DNA of 64,000 nucleotides from Solirubrobacteraceae bacterium (GCA_052148875.1 JBKQHH010000086.1:1367-65366), one strand, 5' to 3'. Counted from the stretch's first letter, positions 9,743-20,024 are shown. Numbers and translations: made by a program. Notes: generated by a model from the sequence alone, not told the origin.

Positions 9743-11067
9743 GGCGGCGGCATTGAGTCTAGGATCTCTGTGTCGTTTTGCATGCTCGACGTGAAGGCCG
9801 CCGTAAAAGCTTGAGCCTGCTCGGACGCTGGGCGAGCATGTAGATACCGGCTCGTCGTGCTGAGCGCGCTGTGACCCATCGCCTTCTGGATCGTCACGAC
9901 ATCAACGCCGCGCGCCGCCAGCAGCGATCCGAAGGTGTGCCGTAGGTCATGGAACCGCAGCGGGCGGACGCTGGCAGCGACTTGGGCACGCTTGTAGCGT
10001 CGGCGCAGCGCCGAGCCATCGAGCGGGCGCCCGAACACGTTGCAGAACACGAGGTCATCGGGCGACGTGAAGTGCTCACGTCGGCTCATCCGATCGAACG
10101 CGCCGGCGGCCTGGTCAGCAAGCGGCACACGGCGAACACGCCCGGACTTCGTTGACGACTCCACGCCCGCGCTCATCGCGCGCGCGATCGTCAGCGCGGA
10201 CCCGGCGAAATCGACATCACGCCAGCGCAACGCCAGCAGCTCGCCCTGCCTCAACCCGGCGTAGGCGGCGACGCGGACCATCTCGGCGTCCTGCGAATCC
10301 TCGGTCTGCCGTGCCATCCGCTCGCCGTCGTTCACCGCCGGATCGCGATGTCGTCCCTCAGCGAGCGCGCGAGCTATGGCCTCGATCTCCTCGGGCGAAT
10401 AGAACACGAGTGGAGCCTGGGGAGGCTCGCGGCGCTTGTCGGCTCCCATCACCGGATTCGCTGGCAGCGCGAACGTTGACGGCTTGCAGCCGTGGTTGAA
10501 CACGGCCGAGACGGCCGAGCGGTACTTGTTGACGGTGGCCGCCGATGTGCCCGTCGCGCTGATCGTCGACAGCAGCTCGTCTATCTCCCGCGTGGTGATC
10601 TTCGCGGCAGGACGATCGCCGAGCGCAGCCATGACGTGTCCCAGCGTTTTGCCTTCGCCTCGCTTGCGCGGCACGCCCGGCTCGCCCAAGACGGTCTCGC
10701 GGTCGCGCAGAGTGGAGGGCTTCGCCCCGGCGACGTCTGCCAGCCAGCGCATGTAGGAGTGGGCGACCTCTCGGAACGTGACGCCGCGCGTGAGGCGCTC
10801 CTGCTCGACTCGCTCCCGATCGGCGGCATCGGCCACATACTCGGCCACGAGCCGGGCGGCCTCGACGTGGGCGCCGCGCTCATCGTAGGCGCCGTCAGGG
10901 ACGCGCCCCCGACGCCGGCCCCATTCGCCAGAGCTGGGGTCGCGTTCGAGCCAAGCGGGACCGATGCGGCGCTTGACCTGCTTGCCGTGCAGTCTCCAGA
11001 ACGCTTCATAGAAGGGTCTGCCGCGGTGCTCGCGGATGAGGATCGACGCTTTCGGATTCGGTGCGAT
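9739..11067 (-). CDS. Tyrosine recombinase/integrase
   Basis: GLRQGE (R), TKS (K), HDLRH (H-x-x-R), MGHS (H), RY (Y); frame open to 11076 with arm-binding-like N-terminus, first canonical start only at 10848. Confidence 0.93.
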   Translation of the reverse strand: MAPNPKASILIREHRGRPFYEAFWRLHGKQVKRRIGPAWLERDPSSGEWGRRRGRVPDGAYDERGAHVEAARLVAEYVADAADRERVEQERLTRGVTFREVAHSYMRWLADVAGAKPSTLRDRETVLGEPGVPRKRGEGKTLGHVMAALGDRPAAKITTREIDELLSTISATGTSAATVNKYRSAVSAVFNHGCKPSTFALPANPVMGADKRREPPQAPLVFYSPEEIEAIARALAEGRHRDPAVNDGERMARQTEDSQDAEMVRVAAYAGLRQGELLALRWRDVDFAGSALTIARAMSAGVESSTKSGRVRRVPLADQAAGAFDRMSRREHFTSPDDLVFCNVFGRPLDGSALRRRYKRAQVAASVRPLRFHDLRHTFGSLLAARGVDVVTIQKAMGHSALSTTSRYLHARPASEQAQAFTAAFTSSMQNDTEILDSMPPP

Positions 11068-11083
11068 CGCCGGAGTCTACACC

Positions 11084-11136
11084 CGTGGGTAGCGGATGGG
11101 TAGCAGATCGGCCGTGGGTAGCGGTTTAGGTAGCAA
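11084..11136 (+). repeat. Putative integrase arm-type sites (GGTAGC-core x4)
   Basis: CGTGGGTAGC, ATGGGTAGC, CGTGGGTAGC, TAGGTAGC clustered inside attR. Confidence 0.65.
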
Positions 11137-11217
11137 ACCAGCCCAATCGCGTCTAAATAAGCCATGTTGAGCCGATCAAATCGCGCCTATTTGCGTGCTC
11201 CGGGGCGCATTTCAAGG

Positions 11218-11274
11218 CTTGCCATGGCGAAGGTCGAGGGTTCGAATCCCTTCATCCGCTTCAGGCAAAACCCC
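11218..11274 (+). repeat. attR (displaced 3' half of tRNA-Gly)
   Basis: Identical to 755-811; tRNA 5' half absent. Confidence 0.93.
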
Positions 11275-11305
11275 CGGATTTCCGGGGGGCCTGCGCGTTC
11301 CGCGC

Positions 11306-12193
11306 CTAACCGGCGCGAACCGCGAGAACGATCGAGACGGCGGAGCCCTGCGGGAGCGTCTTGTCGTGCTGCGGGTTCTGGCTCTTCACAATCAGTGTGC
11401 CGTGACCGCGATGTAGGGTCGTCACTCGACCAAGGCGACAGTTCGCATCCCGCAGCAGGTGACGGACGCCAGCCAGCGTGTGACGGCGAAGTTGCGGGAC
11501 CCTGCAGCGTTTGGACTTGGCTTCACGAGCCCTACGTTCGGCTTCTTCGGTGGCTCGACGCCGTTGGGCTTCTTCGCTGGCCCGACGGGCGACCGCTTCT
11601 TCGTTCGTGCGACGCTGGGCCTGCTCGGCTGCTGCGCGACGCGCGCGTTCGGCGTCGGCTTCTTCGAGGAATTTCCTGGCCTCTTCCTCCGAAGACAGTA
11701 TCTCCGCTGGGCTTACGCTCGGGAAGTAGCAGTCGCCGTCAGGAATCCAGAAGCAACCCGATTCGAAGTCATCCGGGAGCCCGGAGGCAGTGGTGTCGAG
11801 ATAGGCGCAGACATCGTATGACGGGCTGGTCTCCGGGATGACTTCGTACGTCTTGGAGAAAGGTCCGGCGGCCAGGGGCTCCCCGTCGGGACTCGAGAGC
11901 CACACCGCTTTCTTCTGCGTCGACTCTTCGTAGGGCCATGGCGTGCACGTCCCTTCGGCTTCGCCGTACACGAACAGCCGGTGAAGCCCGTCCGCGGCGC
12001 CTTCGACGGTGATGGACATCTGCGTGCCCAGCTCGCGCTCGTAGCTCGCGGAGAGGGTCAGGGTCTCCGTTGATCCGGGAGCGGGATCGGCCGACGCGAC
12101 AGCTGGGAGGCCAAGCAGGCAACCGAGAGCGGTGACGCTGCACACCACCGCACGTCTGCACGTGATCGCCGACCCCAACCCCACGATCCGCAT
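11306..12193 (-). CDS. Secreted protein with C-terminal PASTA domain
   Basis: Signal peptide ending AVASA; coiled-coil linker; CRVPQLRRHTL...VKSQNP...VSIVL. Confidence 0.7.
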   Translation of the reverse strand: MRIVGLGSAITCRRAVVCSVTALGCLLGLPAVASADPAPGSTETLTLSASYERELGTQMSITVEGAADGLHRLFVYGEAEGTCTPWPYEESTQKKAVWLSSPDGEPLAAGPFSKTYEVIPETSPSYDVCAYLDTTASGLPDDFESGCFWIPDGDCYFPSVSPAEILSSEEEARKFLEEADAERARRAAAEQAQRRTNEEAVARRASEEAQRRRATEEAERRAREAKSKRCRVPQLRRHTLAGVRHLLRDANCRLGRVTTLHRGHGTLIVKSQNPQHDKTLPQGSAVSIVLAVRAG

Positions 12194-12268
12194 GATATGT
12201 CGCTCGCCCGGTGGCGGCAAAGAGCGGCGTCCAGCGCTCCAGCCGCCAACGAGCGACGGAAGGAGCTC

Positions 12269-12997
12269 CTACGGCACGTTCAGGAAGACGTCCTGGCGAA
12301 CGGTCTTCCCGGGCGGAATCTGGACGGTCGTCGGGAACGACTCTCCCGGGTGTTCGTTGATGGTCGCGTCGCCGAACGTGCCTTGGATCGAGTACGTGCC
12401 CGGGGCCAGCGGGATCGTCGCGAGATGTCCGCTGGCGACAGTCTGGGTCGCCACAACCGAGCCGCTGATCGGGTTGCGGACCGTGATCGTCCCTGCGCCC
12501 GGGACACCGGGCTGGACCCTGCATCGCGGTTCCGAGCGCAGCCTGAGCGGGCCGCCGACGACGTACAGGCCGCTGATCAGCTCCGTAGGGCCGGCGGTGA
12601 CCAACGGCTCGCTTATCCCCGGCCCTTCCAACGCCGAGCCGCCACAGAGCGGATTCACCCACACGATGACGACCCGCGCGTGCCGACCTCCACGAGGGCT
12701 CTGCCTGCGGATTGTCTGCACCTGGGGAGCTTGGACGTGCGCGCCCTCGAGCCGAAGGCTGCAGCCCGCCCTGGCGGCCCGCTGGCGCGCGACACGCAGC
12801 AGCAGGCCGGTCAACCGAGGTACGCGGCACACGCTCGCCCTCCGGGCGGACACGAGGTGATGGGCGTCGGGGTGGCGAGCGGCGTGTACAGCGCCTGCGG
12901 CCGGGAGCGGTGGTCCGAACACAACGAGAGCCGCGACGCTGACGGTCGACAGCCCGGCCCGCACGCGCCCAGCACGGAAATCCGCAGGCAGATGCAC
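12269..12997 (-). CDS. Secreted protein with PASTA-like domain and prealbumin-like C-terminus
   Basis: Signal peptide; CRVPRLTGL...RRQSP; LAPGTYSI. Confidence 0.6.
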   Translation of the reverse strand: MHLPADFRAGRVRAGLSTVSVAALVVFGPPLPAAGAVHAARHPDAHHLVSARRASVCRVPRLTGLLLRVARQRAARAGCSLRLEGAHVQAPQVQTIRRQSPRGGRHARVVIVWVNPLCGGSALEGPGISEPLVTAGPTELISGLYVVGGPLRLRSEPRCRVQPGVPGAGTITVRNPISGSVVATQTVASGHLATIPLAPGTYSIQGTFGDATINEHPGESFPTTVQIPPGKTVRQDVFLNVP

Positions 12998-13131
12998 ATC
13001 CAGATCCTCGCAGCTCGGCGAGGCGGCGCCGGGGCGAACGTCGAGCTTGTGCCGCAGCGGGCTGCCGCAGCGTGGCTAGTGGTGACGGGAGCGCCCGACC
13101 ATGACGAAGCTCGAAGGCGCGAGTCCCGTCA

Positions 13132-15099
13132 TCAGCTCTCTCCGCCCGCCGCGAGCAGCCGCCGGGAGCGCGCGCCGGTGCCGGGCAGCTCGCCGCGCGT
13201 ACGCGCCAGCTTGCGGGGCGGTGATTCGCTGGGAGGGGTGGGAGGGCTCGAGGCGCCGGGCACGATGTCGCTCGGGCGCCAGTTCTTCAGGAACGTCTCC
13301 ATGTCCTCGACGCTCAGCGGGCGCGCGAACAGGTAGCCCTGGCCGCTGTCGCAGCGCTCCTCCCGCAACAGCGACAGCTGGCGCGGGATCTCGATGCCCT
13401 CGGCGACCGTCTCGATCGACAGCGCCCTGCCGAGCTTGACGAGCGTGCGCAGCAGCGTCTCGCCTTCGGGGTTCTCGCTCAGCTGGGAGGTGAACGAGCG
13501 GTCGATCTTCAGCGCGTCGACGGGGAACTGTTTGAGATGGGCGAAGGAGGAGTAGCCGGTGCCGAAGTCGTCGATCGCGACGCGCACGCCGAGCTCCTTG
13601 ATCGCGTGCAGCCGCCGCGCGGTCTGCTCGGGGTGTCGCATGAGGGCGGTCTCGGTGATCTCGAGCGTCAGCGCCTGCGCCTGCAGGCGGCTGTGCGAGA
13701 TCGCCTCGCGCACGTCGCTGACGAACTGGTCGGTCTCGAGCTGGCGCGCAGAGACGTTGACGGCGACGCCCAGGGCGTGTCCGCGCTCGCGCCAGCGCGC
13801 GCCCTGGCGGCACGCCTCTTCGAGCACCCACCTGCCGACGTCCACGATCAGCCCCGTCTCCTCGAGCAGCGGGATGAAGTCGTTGGGCTGCACGACTCCG
13901 CGCGCGCGGCTGTCCCAGCGGATCAGCGCCTCCACGCCGGTGGGCGCGAGCGTGTGCAGGTCGAACGTCGGCTGGTAGAGCAGGAAGAACTCGTCGTGCT
14001 CGAGCGCGCCGCGCAGGTCCATCTCGAGCTCCATGCGGCTCTGCACCACGTCCTGCATGCCCGCCTCGAACACGACGTGGCGGTTGCCGCCGTCCCACTT
14101 CGCGCGGTGCATCGCGATGTCGGCGTCGCGCAGGAGGTCGTCCACGGTGGGGCGCTCGCCGGTGGCCACGCCGATGCTCGCCGTGACCGTCAGCCCCGTG
14201 TGCTCGCGGTCGGCGAGCACGAACGGCGCCTTCAGCGCCTGGCGCAGCCGCTCGGCTATCAGTTCCGCGTCGGCGGCCTCGCACACGTCTTCGGCGAGCA
14301 CGACGAACAGGTCGCCGCCGATGCGCCCGAGCGCGTCGATGTCGCGCACGGCGCCGTCGAGCCTCGCGGCGATCGCCTGCAGCAGCTCGTCGCCGCTGGA
14401 GTGTCCGAGCGTGTCGTTGATGCCGGTGAAGTTGTCGAGATCGATCACCAGCGCCGCGACCGGCGTGCGCAGCCGGCGCGCGCGGCCCAGCATCTGCTCG
14501 CCGCGGTCGAGGATCAGCGTCCGGTTGGGCAGCCCCGTCAGCTGGTCGTGGGTCGCCATGAACGCGAGCTCCTCCTCGCGGCGCGTGAGCTCGTCGGCGA
14601 TGCGCGCGCGCTCCTGCTCGAACGCCTCGCACATCCGCACGAGCGTCACGTCGAGCGTGCGCTGCGTCATCGACACCGCCTCCGCGAGCGCCGCGGGTGA
14701 GATCTCCAGCTCGCGCGCGCTCTCGTGCAGAACCTCGATGACGGCGTCGCGCCAGCGCAGGCAGCGCTTGGTCACCTCGTTCAACGGCGCGGCGCTCTGG
14801 GCCGCGAGCTGACCGTAGGTGTGCCAGGCGTTGCGCCCGGTCTCGTGTCCGTCCCGCGGATTGCCCCCCGCGATCCAGCGCGCGACGGCGGCCGTCGAGC
14901 TCCTGCCGATGCGCTCGAAGCTGTCGATCACCGCCGGGTCCAGCGCGGCGCCCGATCCACGGGTCGTCTTTCGCCCGCGAGCGCTCGTGCGCAGCAGCAC
15001 CTCATCGATGCGTGCGCCGAGGGCGTCGCCGAGGCGGCACACCTCCCGATCGGGCCTCCGTGCCGCTGGCGCTCCCCGTCTTGCCGGTCCAGGCATCAT
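13132..15099 (-). CDS. GGDEF/EAL cyclic-di-GMP signalling protein
   Basis: HDQLTGLPNR, degenerate GGDLF, intact EAL and DDFGTGYSS; helical N-terminal sensor. Confidence 0.92.
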   Translation of the reverse strand: MMPGPARRGAPAARRPDREVCRLGDALGARIDEVLLRTSARGRKTTRGSGAALDPAVIDSFERIGRSSTAAVARWIAGGNPRDGHETGRNAWHTYGQLAAQSAAPLNEVTKRCLRWRDAVIEVLHESARELEISPAALAEAVSMTQRTLDVTLVRMCEAFEQERARIADELTRREEELAFMATHDQLTGLPNRTLILDRGEQMLGRARRLRTPVAALVIDLDNFTGINDTLGHSSGDELLQAIAARLDGAVRDIDALGRIGGDLFVVLAEDVCEAADAELIAERLRQALKAPFVLADREHTGLTVTASIGVATGERPTVDDLLRDADIAMHRAKWDGGNRHVVFEAGMQDVVQSRMELEMDLRGALEHDEFFLLYQPTFDLHTLAPTGVEALIRWDSRARGVVQPNDFIPLLEETGLIVDVGRWVLEEACRQGARWRERGHALGVAVNVSARQLETDQFVSDVREAISHSRLQAQALTLEITETALMRHPEQTARRLHAIKELGVRVAIDDFGTGYSSFAHLKQFPVDALKIDRSFTSQLSENPEGETLLRTLVKLGRALSIETVAEGIEIPRQLSLLREERCDSGQGYLFARPLSVEDMETFLKNWRPSDIVPGASSPPTPPSESPPRKLARTRGELPGTGARSRRLLAAGGES

Positions 15100-15231
15100 C
15101 CCTCCCAGGCTGTGAGCTGATCCATCATCTCAGCCCAAGATGTCGGCGAAATCAGTCTCGTTCTTGAGAATGACTTGTATTGAATAGACAACTCGCGTTC
15201 GCCTAGTCCAATCGTTGCGCGGCCACCGGGC

Positions 15232-16374
15232 CTAATAGCCGGCTGCCGGCACGTAGCGTCCACCGTCGCCGCGGACGAGCAGCCCCATCAGCTCCAGTTC
15301 GCTGAGCGCGAGCAGCACCTCGCAGGCGTCGGCTCCGGCGCGCGTGAGCCTATCCGGCGTGTCGCATCCCGCGCCCACGCGATCGAGCGTCGCGCGCAGG
15401 CCGGGGGGCAGCCCCGAGCGCCGTCCCGCGGCGGGCCCCGCCGGCGAAGCCGAGCCGTCGCGCGATGGCGAGGCGCCGAGCGGATACAGGAGCTCCAGCA
15501 CGTCCTGCGCCCCGCGGACGAGGTTCGCGCCGCTCATCAGCAGCGCGTGCGTGCCGCGTGAGAGGGGGGAGGTGACGCGGCCGGGGATCGCGGCGACGGT
15601 CCGTCCGAGCGCCCGCGCGAGCTGTGCGGCGGCGAGGTCCTCCGCTGTCTCCTCGGCCTCGACGACGACGGCGACTAGCGCCAGCTCGACGAGGATGCGC
15701 TCGCTCGCGAGCTGCCCCCAGCGCCGTCCCGCGCAATCGAACGGCAGCTCGGAGACGGCGCAGCCGCGGCGCGTGACGCGCTCGTACAGCGAGCGCCTGC
15801 GCGCCGGGCAGGCCACGCCGAGCCCGCCGCCCATCACGGCGACGCTCCCCGCGTTCGCGTCGAGCGCGCCCGCGTGCGCGGCGACGGCGATCCCGTCGGT
15901 CAGGCTCGCCGCCACCGTCACCCCGCTCGCGGCCAGCCCGCGCGCGAGGCTGCGCGCGATCGCCAGCCCGTAGTCGCTGGGCGCCCTGCTGCCGAGCACC
16001 GCGACCACCGGCGCGCCGGTGAGCGCCGCCAGGCGCTGCGCGCCGCCGCCGGCGACCTCGAGCATGTGCGGCGCCGCCGGGCCGTCGAGCCTGGGCGGGT
16101 AGCCGCGGCGGTGACGGCAGATCGCCTCCACGCCGGCCTCGCGCGCAGCCGCATCCGCGGAAAAGCCCTCGTAGCGCGCCCGCAGCTCGGCGGTGCGCCT
16201 GCCCGCGACCGCCTTCAGCAGCTCGCCGTCGGCGAGCGCGAGCAGCTCGATCAGGCGCGCGCGGTCGCGCGCGCAGCACTCCAGCGGTCCGCTCAGCTCC
16301 GACAGCAGCCAGCTGCGGCGCACGCAGCTCGCGCACGCGCTCGGCGCTCCGCCCGCTCGCGCGCCCACGCTCAC
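15232..16374 (-). CDS. dprA: DNA-processing protein DprA
   Basis: VAVLGSRAPSDYG, GVTVAASLTDGI, AIPGRVTSPLSRGT, C-terminal LSELELMG; GTGA overlap with comM. Confidence 0.9.
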   Translation of the reverse strand: MSVGARAGGAPSACASCVRRSWLLSELSGPLECCARDRARLIELLALADGELLKAVAGRRTAELRARYEGFSADAAAREAGVEAICRHRRGYPPRLDGPAAPHMLEVAGGGAQRLAALTGAPVVAVLGSRAPSDYGLAIARSLARGLAASGVTVAASLTDGIAVAAHAGALDANAGSVAVMGGGLGVACPARRRSLYERVTRRGCAVSELPFDCAGRRWGQLASERILVELALVAVVVEAEETAEDLAAAQLARALGRTVAAIPGRVTSPLSRGTHALLMSGANLVRGAQDVLELLYPLGASPSRDGSASPAGPAAGRRSGLPPGLRATLDRVGAGCDTPDRLTRAGADACEVLLALSELELMGLLVRGDGGRYVPAAGY

Positions 16375-17936
16375 GCCGCCCGGTTGCCCGCGAGGCCCGG
16401 CTCGGGGCGCAGCGCGAGCGCCGCGCCGAGGTCCCGCGCGCGCACGCGCTCGCTCGCGTCCAGGTCGGCGATCGTGCGTGCGACGCGCAGCACGCGATGC
16501 TCGCCGCGCGCGCTCAGCAGCCCTCGCTGGCGCGCGGCGCGCAGCATCTCCTGGCCCCGCTCGTCGAGCCGCACGTGCCGGCCCAGCATGCGCCCGTCCA
16601 TCTGCGCGTTGACCGCGACGCCGTCGCCCGCCAAGCGCGCCGCCTGGCGTGCGCGTGCGCTCGCGACCTGCTCGCGAGCCTGCGCGGAGCTCATCAGCGC
16701 GGGCGCGCGCAGGTCGTGCGCGAGATCGCGCCGGAGGGTGCTCATCAGGTCGATGCGATCGAGCAGCGGACCGCTCAGCCGGCGGCGGTGGCGCGCCATG
16801 TCCGCTTCGCGGCAGTGGCAGTTGTCCCCGTCGCCCGCGTAGCCGCACGGACACGGGTTGGTGGCCGCGAGCAGCATGAAGCGCGCGGGGTACACGGCCG
16901 AGTGGCGCGCCCGCGCGATCGCCACGCGCCCGTCCTCCAGCGGCTGGCGCAGCGCCTCGAGGGTCGCGCGCGGGAACTCCGAGAGCTCGTCCAGGAACAG
17001 CACGCCGTGATGTGCGAGCACGACCTCGCCGACCGATCCGCGGCTCGCCCCGCCGACGAGGCCGGCGGCGGTGATCGAGTGGTGCGGCGCGCGGAACGGC
17101 CGTTCCACCGCGAGCGCGTCGACGCGTGTGCCCGACAGGCTGTGGATGCGCGTCACCTCGACCGCCTCGGCTCTGCTCAGCGGCGGCAGGATCGAGGCGA
17201 TGCGCTGCGCGAGCATCGTCTTGCCTGTCCCCGGAGGGCCGCTCAGCAGCGCGTTGTGCGCGCCCGCGGCGGCGATCACGATCGCCCTGACGGCGTGGTG
17301 CTGGCCCCGCACCTCGCTGAGGTCCGGTCCCGGCAGGCCCGGCGCGCCAGCCCCGCCGCCGCGCCGGTCGGCCTGCGATCGCGCGCCCGCGCGGGCGCGC
17401 GCGGGCGCGGGAAACGCGTCGCCGGGGCCACCGCTCAAGACCCGAACGGCGCTGCGCAGGTGCTCGACGACGGTCACCTGCAGCTCGTCGATCAGGCGCG
17501 CCTCGCCAGCGCATGCGCCCGCGAGCGCGAGCGCGCGCATGCCCGCGCGCTGTGCCGCGTGCGCGACCGCGAGCGCGCCCCACGCGGGCCTGACGACGCC
17601 GTCGAGCGCCAGCTCCCCGAACAGGGCGACGCGGTCGAGCTCGTCGCCGGGCAGCTGTCCGCTGGCGGCGAGCACCGCGCACGCGATCGCCAGGTCGAGG
17701 CCCGGACCGGCCTTGCGCACGTCGCCGGGCGCGAGATTGGCGGTGATGCGCCTGGCGGGGAACTCGTAGCCGGAGTTGAGGATCGCCGCGGTGATGCGCT
17801 CGCGCGCCTCGCGCACAGCGGTATCGGCGAGGCCGACGATCGCGAAGGCGGGCAGCCCCCGCCGCACGTCGACCTCGACGGTGACGTGTCGGGTCCGCAG
17901 GCCGTCGATCGTGAACGTGTGTGCCCGCGCGAGCAT
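16371..17936 (-). CDS. comM: ComM/YifB Mg-chelatase-like AAA ATPase
   Basis: GLPAFAIVGLAD, GPPGTGKT, RAPHHS, LFLDE, NPCPCG, LSGPLLDRID. Confidence 0.95.
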   Translation of the reverse strand: MLARAHTFTIDGLRTRHVTVEVDVRRGLPAFAIVGLADTAVREARERITAAILNSGYEFPARRITANLAPGDVRKAGPGLDLAIACAVLAASGQLPGDELDRVALFGELALDGVVRPAWGALAVAHAAQRAGMRALALAGACAGEARLIDELQVTVVEHLRSAVRVLSGGPGDAFPAPARARAGARSQADRRGGGAGAPGLPGPDLSEVRGQHHAVRAIVIAAAGAHNALLSGPPGTGKTMLAQRIASILPPLSRAEAVEVTRIHSLSGTRVDALAVERPFRAPHHSITAAGLVGGASRGSVGEVVLAHHGVLFLDELSEFPRATLEALRQPLEDGRVAIARARHSAVYPARFMLLAATNPCPCGYAGDGDNCHCREADMARHRRRLSGPLLDRIDLMSTLRRDLAHDLRAPALMSSAQAREQVASARARQAARLAGDGVAVNAQMDGRMLGRHVRLDERGQEMLRAARQRGLLSARGEHRVLRVARTIADLDASERVRARDLGAALALRPEPGLAGNRAA

Positions 17937-18165
17937 CGCGGTGCCTCCTCTCGTCGCTGTCAATGCACGCGGCGGAGCAGGCTAGGCGGCGCCTGGGACG
18001 GGACGCTCGGGCGGCGTCTTCATCGATGGGTACGCCACCGCACATGTGCGGTGGCGCCGGCGGGCGCATGCGCCCGCCGGTGGGCGCGCCGCATGCGGCG
18101 TGCCCTGCCGGGCCGCATGCGGCCCTGCGCGGGGGGCGCGCATGCGCGCCCCCGAACTACGACCG

Positions 18166-19995
18166 CTACAGCCCGTCGGGGTGGCGTTCGACGAAGCCGC
18201 CGCCGTCGTCCGAGGGCCCGCCCCAGCGCGAGCCGCCTTCGGCGAGGGCGACCGTGTCGAAGCGTTTGCCGTCGATGACCATGTACGCGTGTTCGGCGTT
18301 GGCGTAGATCGTGATGTACCTGCCGGGTCCCGGTTCGCCGTATGACTCGAGGCCCGTGGAGTCCTCGGGCGAGCTGAGCAGCCCGCCGCCGTGCAGCGCG
18401 TAGGAGACCGAGCCCGAGCAGTCGTAGCCCTCGGACTCGAACGAGCCGTGCCCGCCTCCCCACACGTACGGCCGCGTCGCGATTTCGTCGGCGGCGGCGA
18501 TCACGCGCGCGACGACGCTTTCGGCTTCGCCGCCACCGGAGCTCGGCGCGCTCGCATCGCCGCTCGGCGACCCGCCGCCGGAGCTGGGCGTCACGAGCGC
18601 GGAAGCCGGCGGGGTGAGCGTGGCGGCGTTCTGCACGCCGATCACCGACCACGTCGACGGGCCGACGACGCCGTCGACGTTCAGGCCGTGACGGGCCTGC
18701 AGGCGGCGCACGGCGGCCTCGGTTTCGGGGCCGAATTCGCCGTCCACGGGGAGCTTCAGCGCCCGCTGCAGCCACTCGACCGCGGTGGCGCCGGTGGCGG
18801 TCTGACCGTGCGCCTCTTCGGAGGTTCCACCGCTGCCCGCCGTCAGCCCCACGTCGCTCGTCGCGGCGCTCGGCTTCGGGGCGGGCGGCTGGGGCACGGC
18901 CGAGGGCGGCGGGGTCAGCGTTTCCTGGCCGTGCACGCCGATCGTGTTCCACGTGGCCGGACCGACGATGCCGTCGACGGTCAGGCCGTGGCGGGCCTGC
19001 AGGCGGCGCACGGCGGCCTCGGTTTCGGGGCCGAATTCGCCGTCGGCGGTCAGGCGCAGCGCGCTCTGCAGCTGCTTGACGGCGTCCACGGAGCTGCTTT
19101 CCGCGCTCGCTTCCGCGTTCGCGCTTGCCGCGTTCGCGCCTTCCGCGCTCGCGCTTTCCGTGCTCGGGCTTTCCGCGCTCGGGTCGGCGGTGCCACCGGT
19201 GGACGACGCTTCGGGTTCGACTTCCCCGGCGCTCGTCGTGGTCGTCGGCAGGTGTATGACGCCCTGCGTCGTGTACTGCACGGCGCTCTGCGTGGACTGC
19301 GCCGTGGCGCCGGTGGCGCTGGCGCCGCCGGTGATGGCGCTGTCGCCGCCCACCGGCAGCGACGCGGTGCCGGGAAGCACGCTGGCGACGTCCGCGATGA
19401 ACGCCTTGCCGGCGCTCTGCGTGTGCAGCGCGGCGCTCGTGAGCGGCCCGACGACGCCGTCGACGCTCAGGCCGCTGCGTTCCTGGAAGCCGCGAACCGC
19501 GGCTTCGGTTTCCGGCCCGAAGACGCCGTCGACCCTGATGCCGCCGAGCGCCTGCTGGAGCAGCTGCACCTGGCGGCCTTCGCTGCCGAAGCTGAGCACG
19601 ATGACGTGTTCGGTGGTGGTCGCCGGTTCGGGGTTCGTCGCGGGGCCGACGTTCGCCTGTCCGCTGGCGAGGCTGGCGGCGGGGCCGACGGTGAGCGCGG
19701 CGAGGGCTCCGAGCGAGACGCGCTTGGCGCGCGAGCCAGCCGGCACGAAGCGCAGCTCGGCGGCGCGCCTGCGCGCGCGGGAGCGCCCGAGCGAGAGCTG
19801 CCAGGGCTCCTCGTCGGCGAGGTCGCGCGGTTGGCGCACGGCGCCGCGGCCATCGAGCAGCGCGGACAGCGAAGCGCTCGAGTGCGCGCCGCGGCGCATG
19901 CCTCCGCGCTCGGCGCGGGCACGGCGTGAGCGCGAGCGCTCGAGCGATGCGCTCCAGTGGTCGACAACTGCAAGATCACGCGGGGATCCCGGCAT
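18166..19995 (-). CDS. Cell-wall hydrolase: three peptidoglycan-binding repeats plus NlpC/P60 domain
   Basis: 3x [16 protein letters not shown]...DGxVGP; [14 protein letters not shown] catalytic; RBS GGAGAAAGG. Confidence 0.9.
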   Translation of the reverse strand: MPGSPRDLAVVDHWSASLERSRSRRARAERGGMRRGAHSSASLSALLDGRGAVRQPRDLADEEPWQLSLGRSRARRRAAELRFVPAGSRAKRVSLGALAALTVGPAASLASGQANVGPATNPEPATTTEHVIVLSFGSEGRQVQLLQQALGGIRVDGVFGPETEAAVRGFQERSGLSVDGVVGPLTSAALHTQSAGKAFIADVASVLPGTASLPVGGDSAITGGASATGATAQSTQSAVQYTTQGVIHLPTTTTSAGEVEPEASSTGGTADPSAESPSTESASAEGANAASANAEASAESSSVDAVKQLQSALRLTADGEFGPETEAAVRRLQARHGLTVDGIVGPATWNTIGVHGQETLTPPPSAVPQPPAPKPSAATSDVGLTAGSGGTSEEAHGQTATGATAVEWLQRALKLPVDGEFGPETEAAVRRLQARHGLNVDGVVGPSTWSVIGVQNAATLTPPASALVTPSSGGGSPSGDASAPSSGGGEAESVVARVIAAADEIATRPYVWGGGHGSFESEGYDCSGSVSYALHGGGLLSSPEDSTGLESYGEPGPGRYITIYANAEHAYMVIDGKRFDTVALAEGGSRWGGPSDDGGGFVERHPDGL

Positions 19996-20024
19996 CCGAG
20001 GCGTCCTTTCTCCATTCCTTTGCA

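Larger units (their letters stand above)
755..11274. mobile_element. Integrative mobilizable element inserted in tRNA-Gly
   Basis: 57-bp direct repeat 755-811 / 11218-11274 (3' half of tRNA-Gly plus flank); encloses tyrosine integrase, MobF relaxase and excisionase; no T4SS genes. Confidence 0.93.

Noticed and set aside
11218-11262. Second tRNA-Gly gene
   Set aside because: Only the 3' half is present; it is attR
15232-18069. 945-aa ORF as a giant DprA fusion
   Set aside because: The N-terminal part is an off-frame shadow of comM; the real dprA starts at GTG 16374
18640-19560. Three ~100-bp nucleotide repeats and short GCTTTCCGCGCTC repeats
   Set aside because: Explained by repeated PG-binding domains and a low-complexity linker in the CDS
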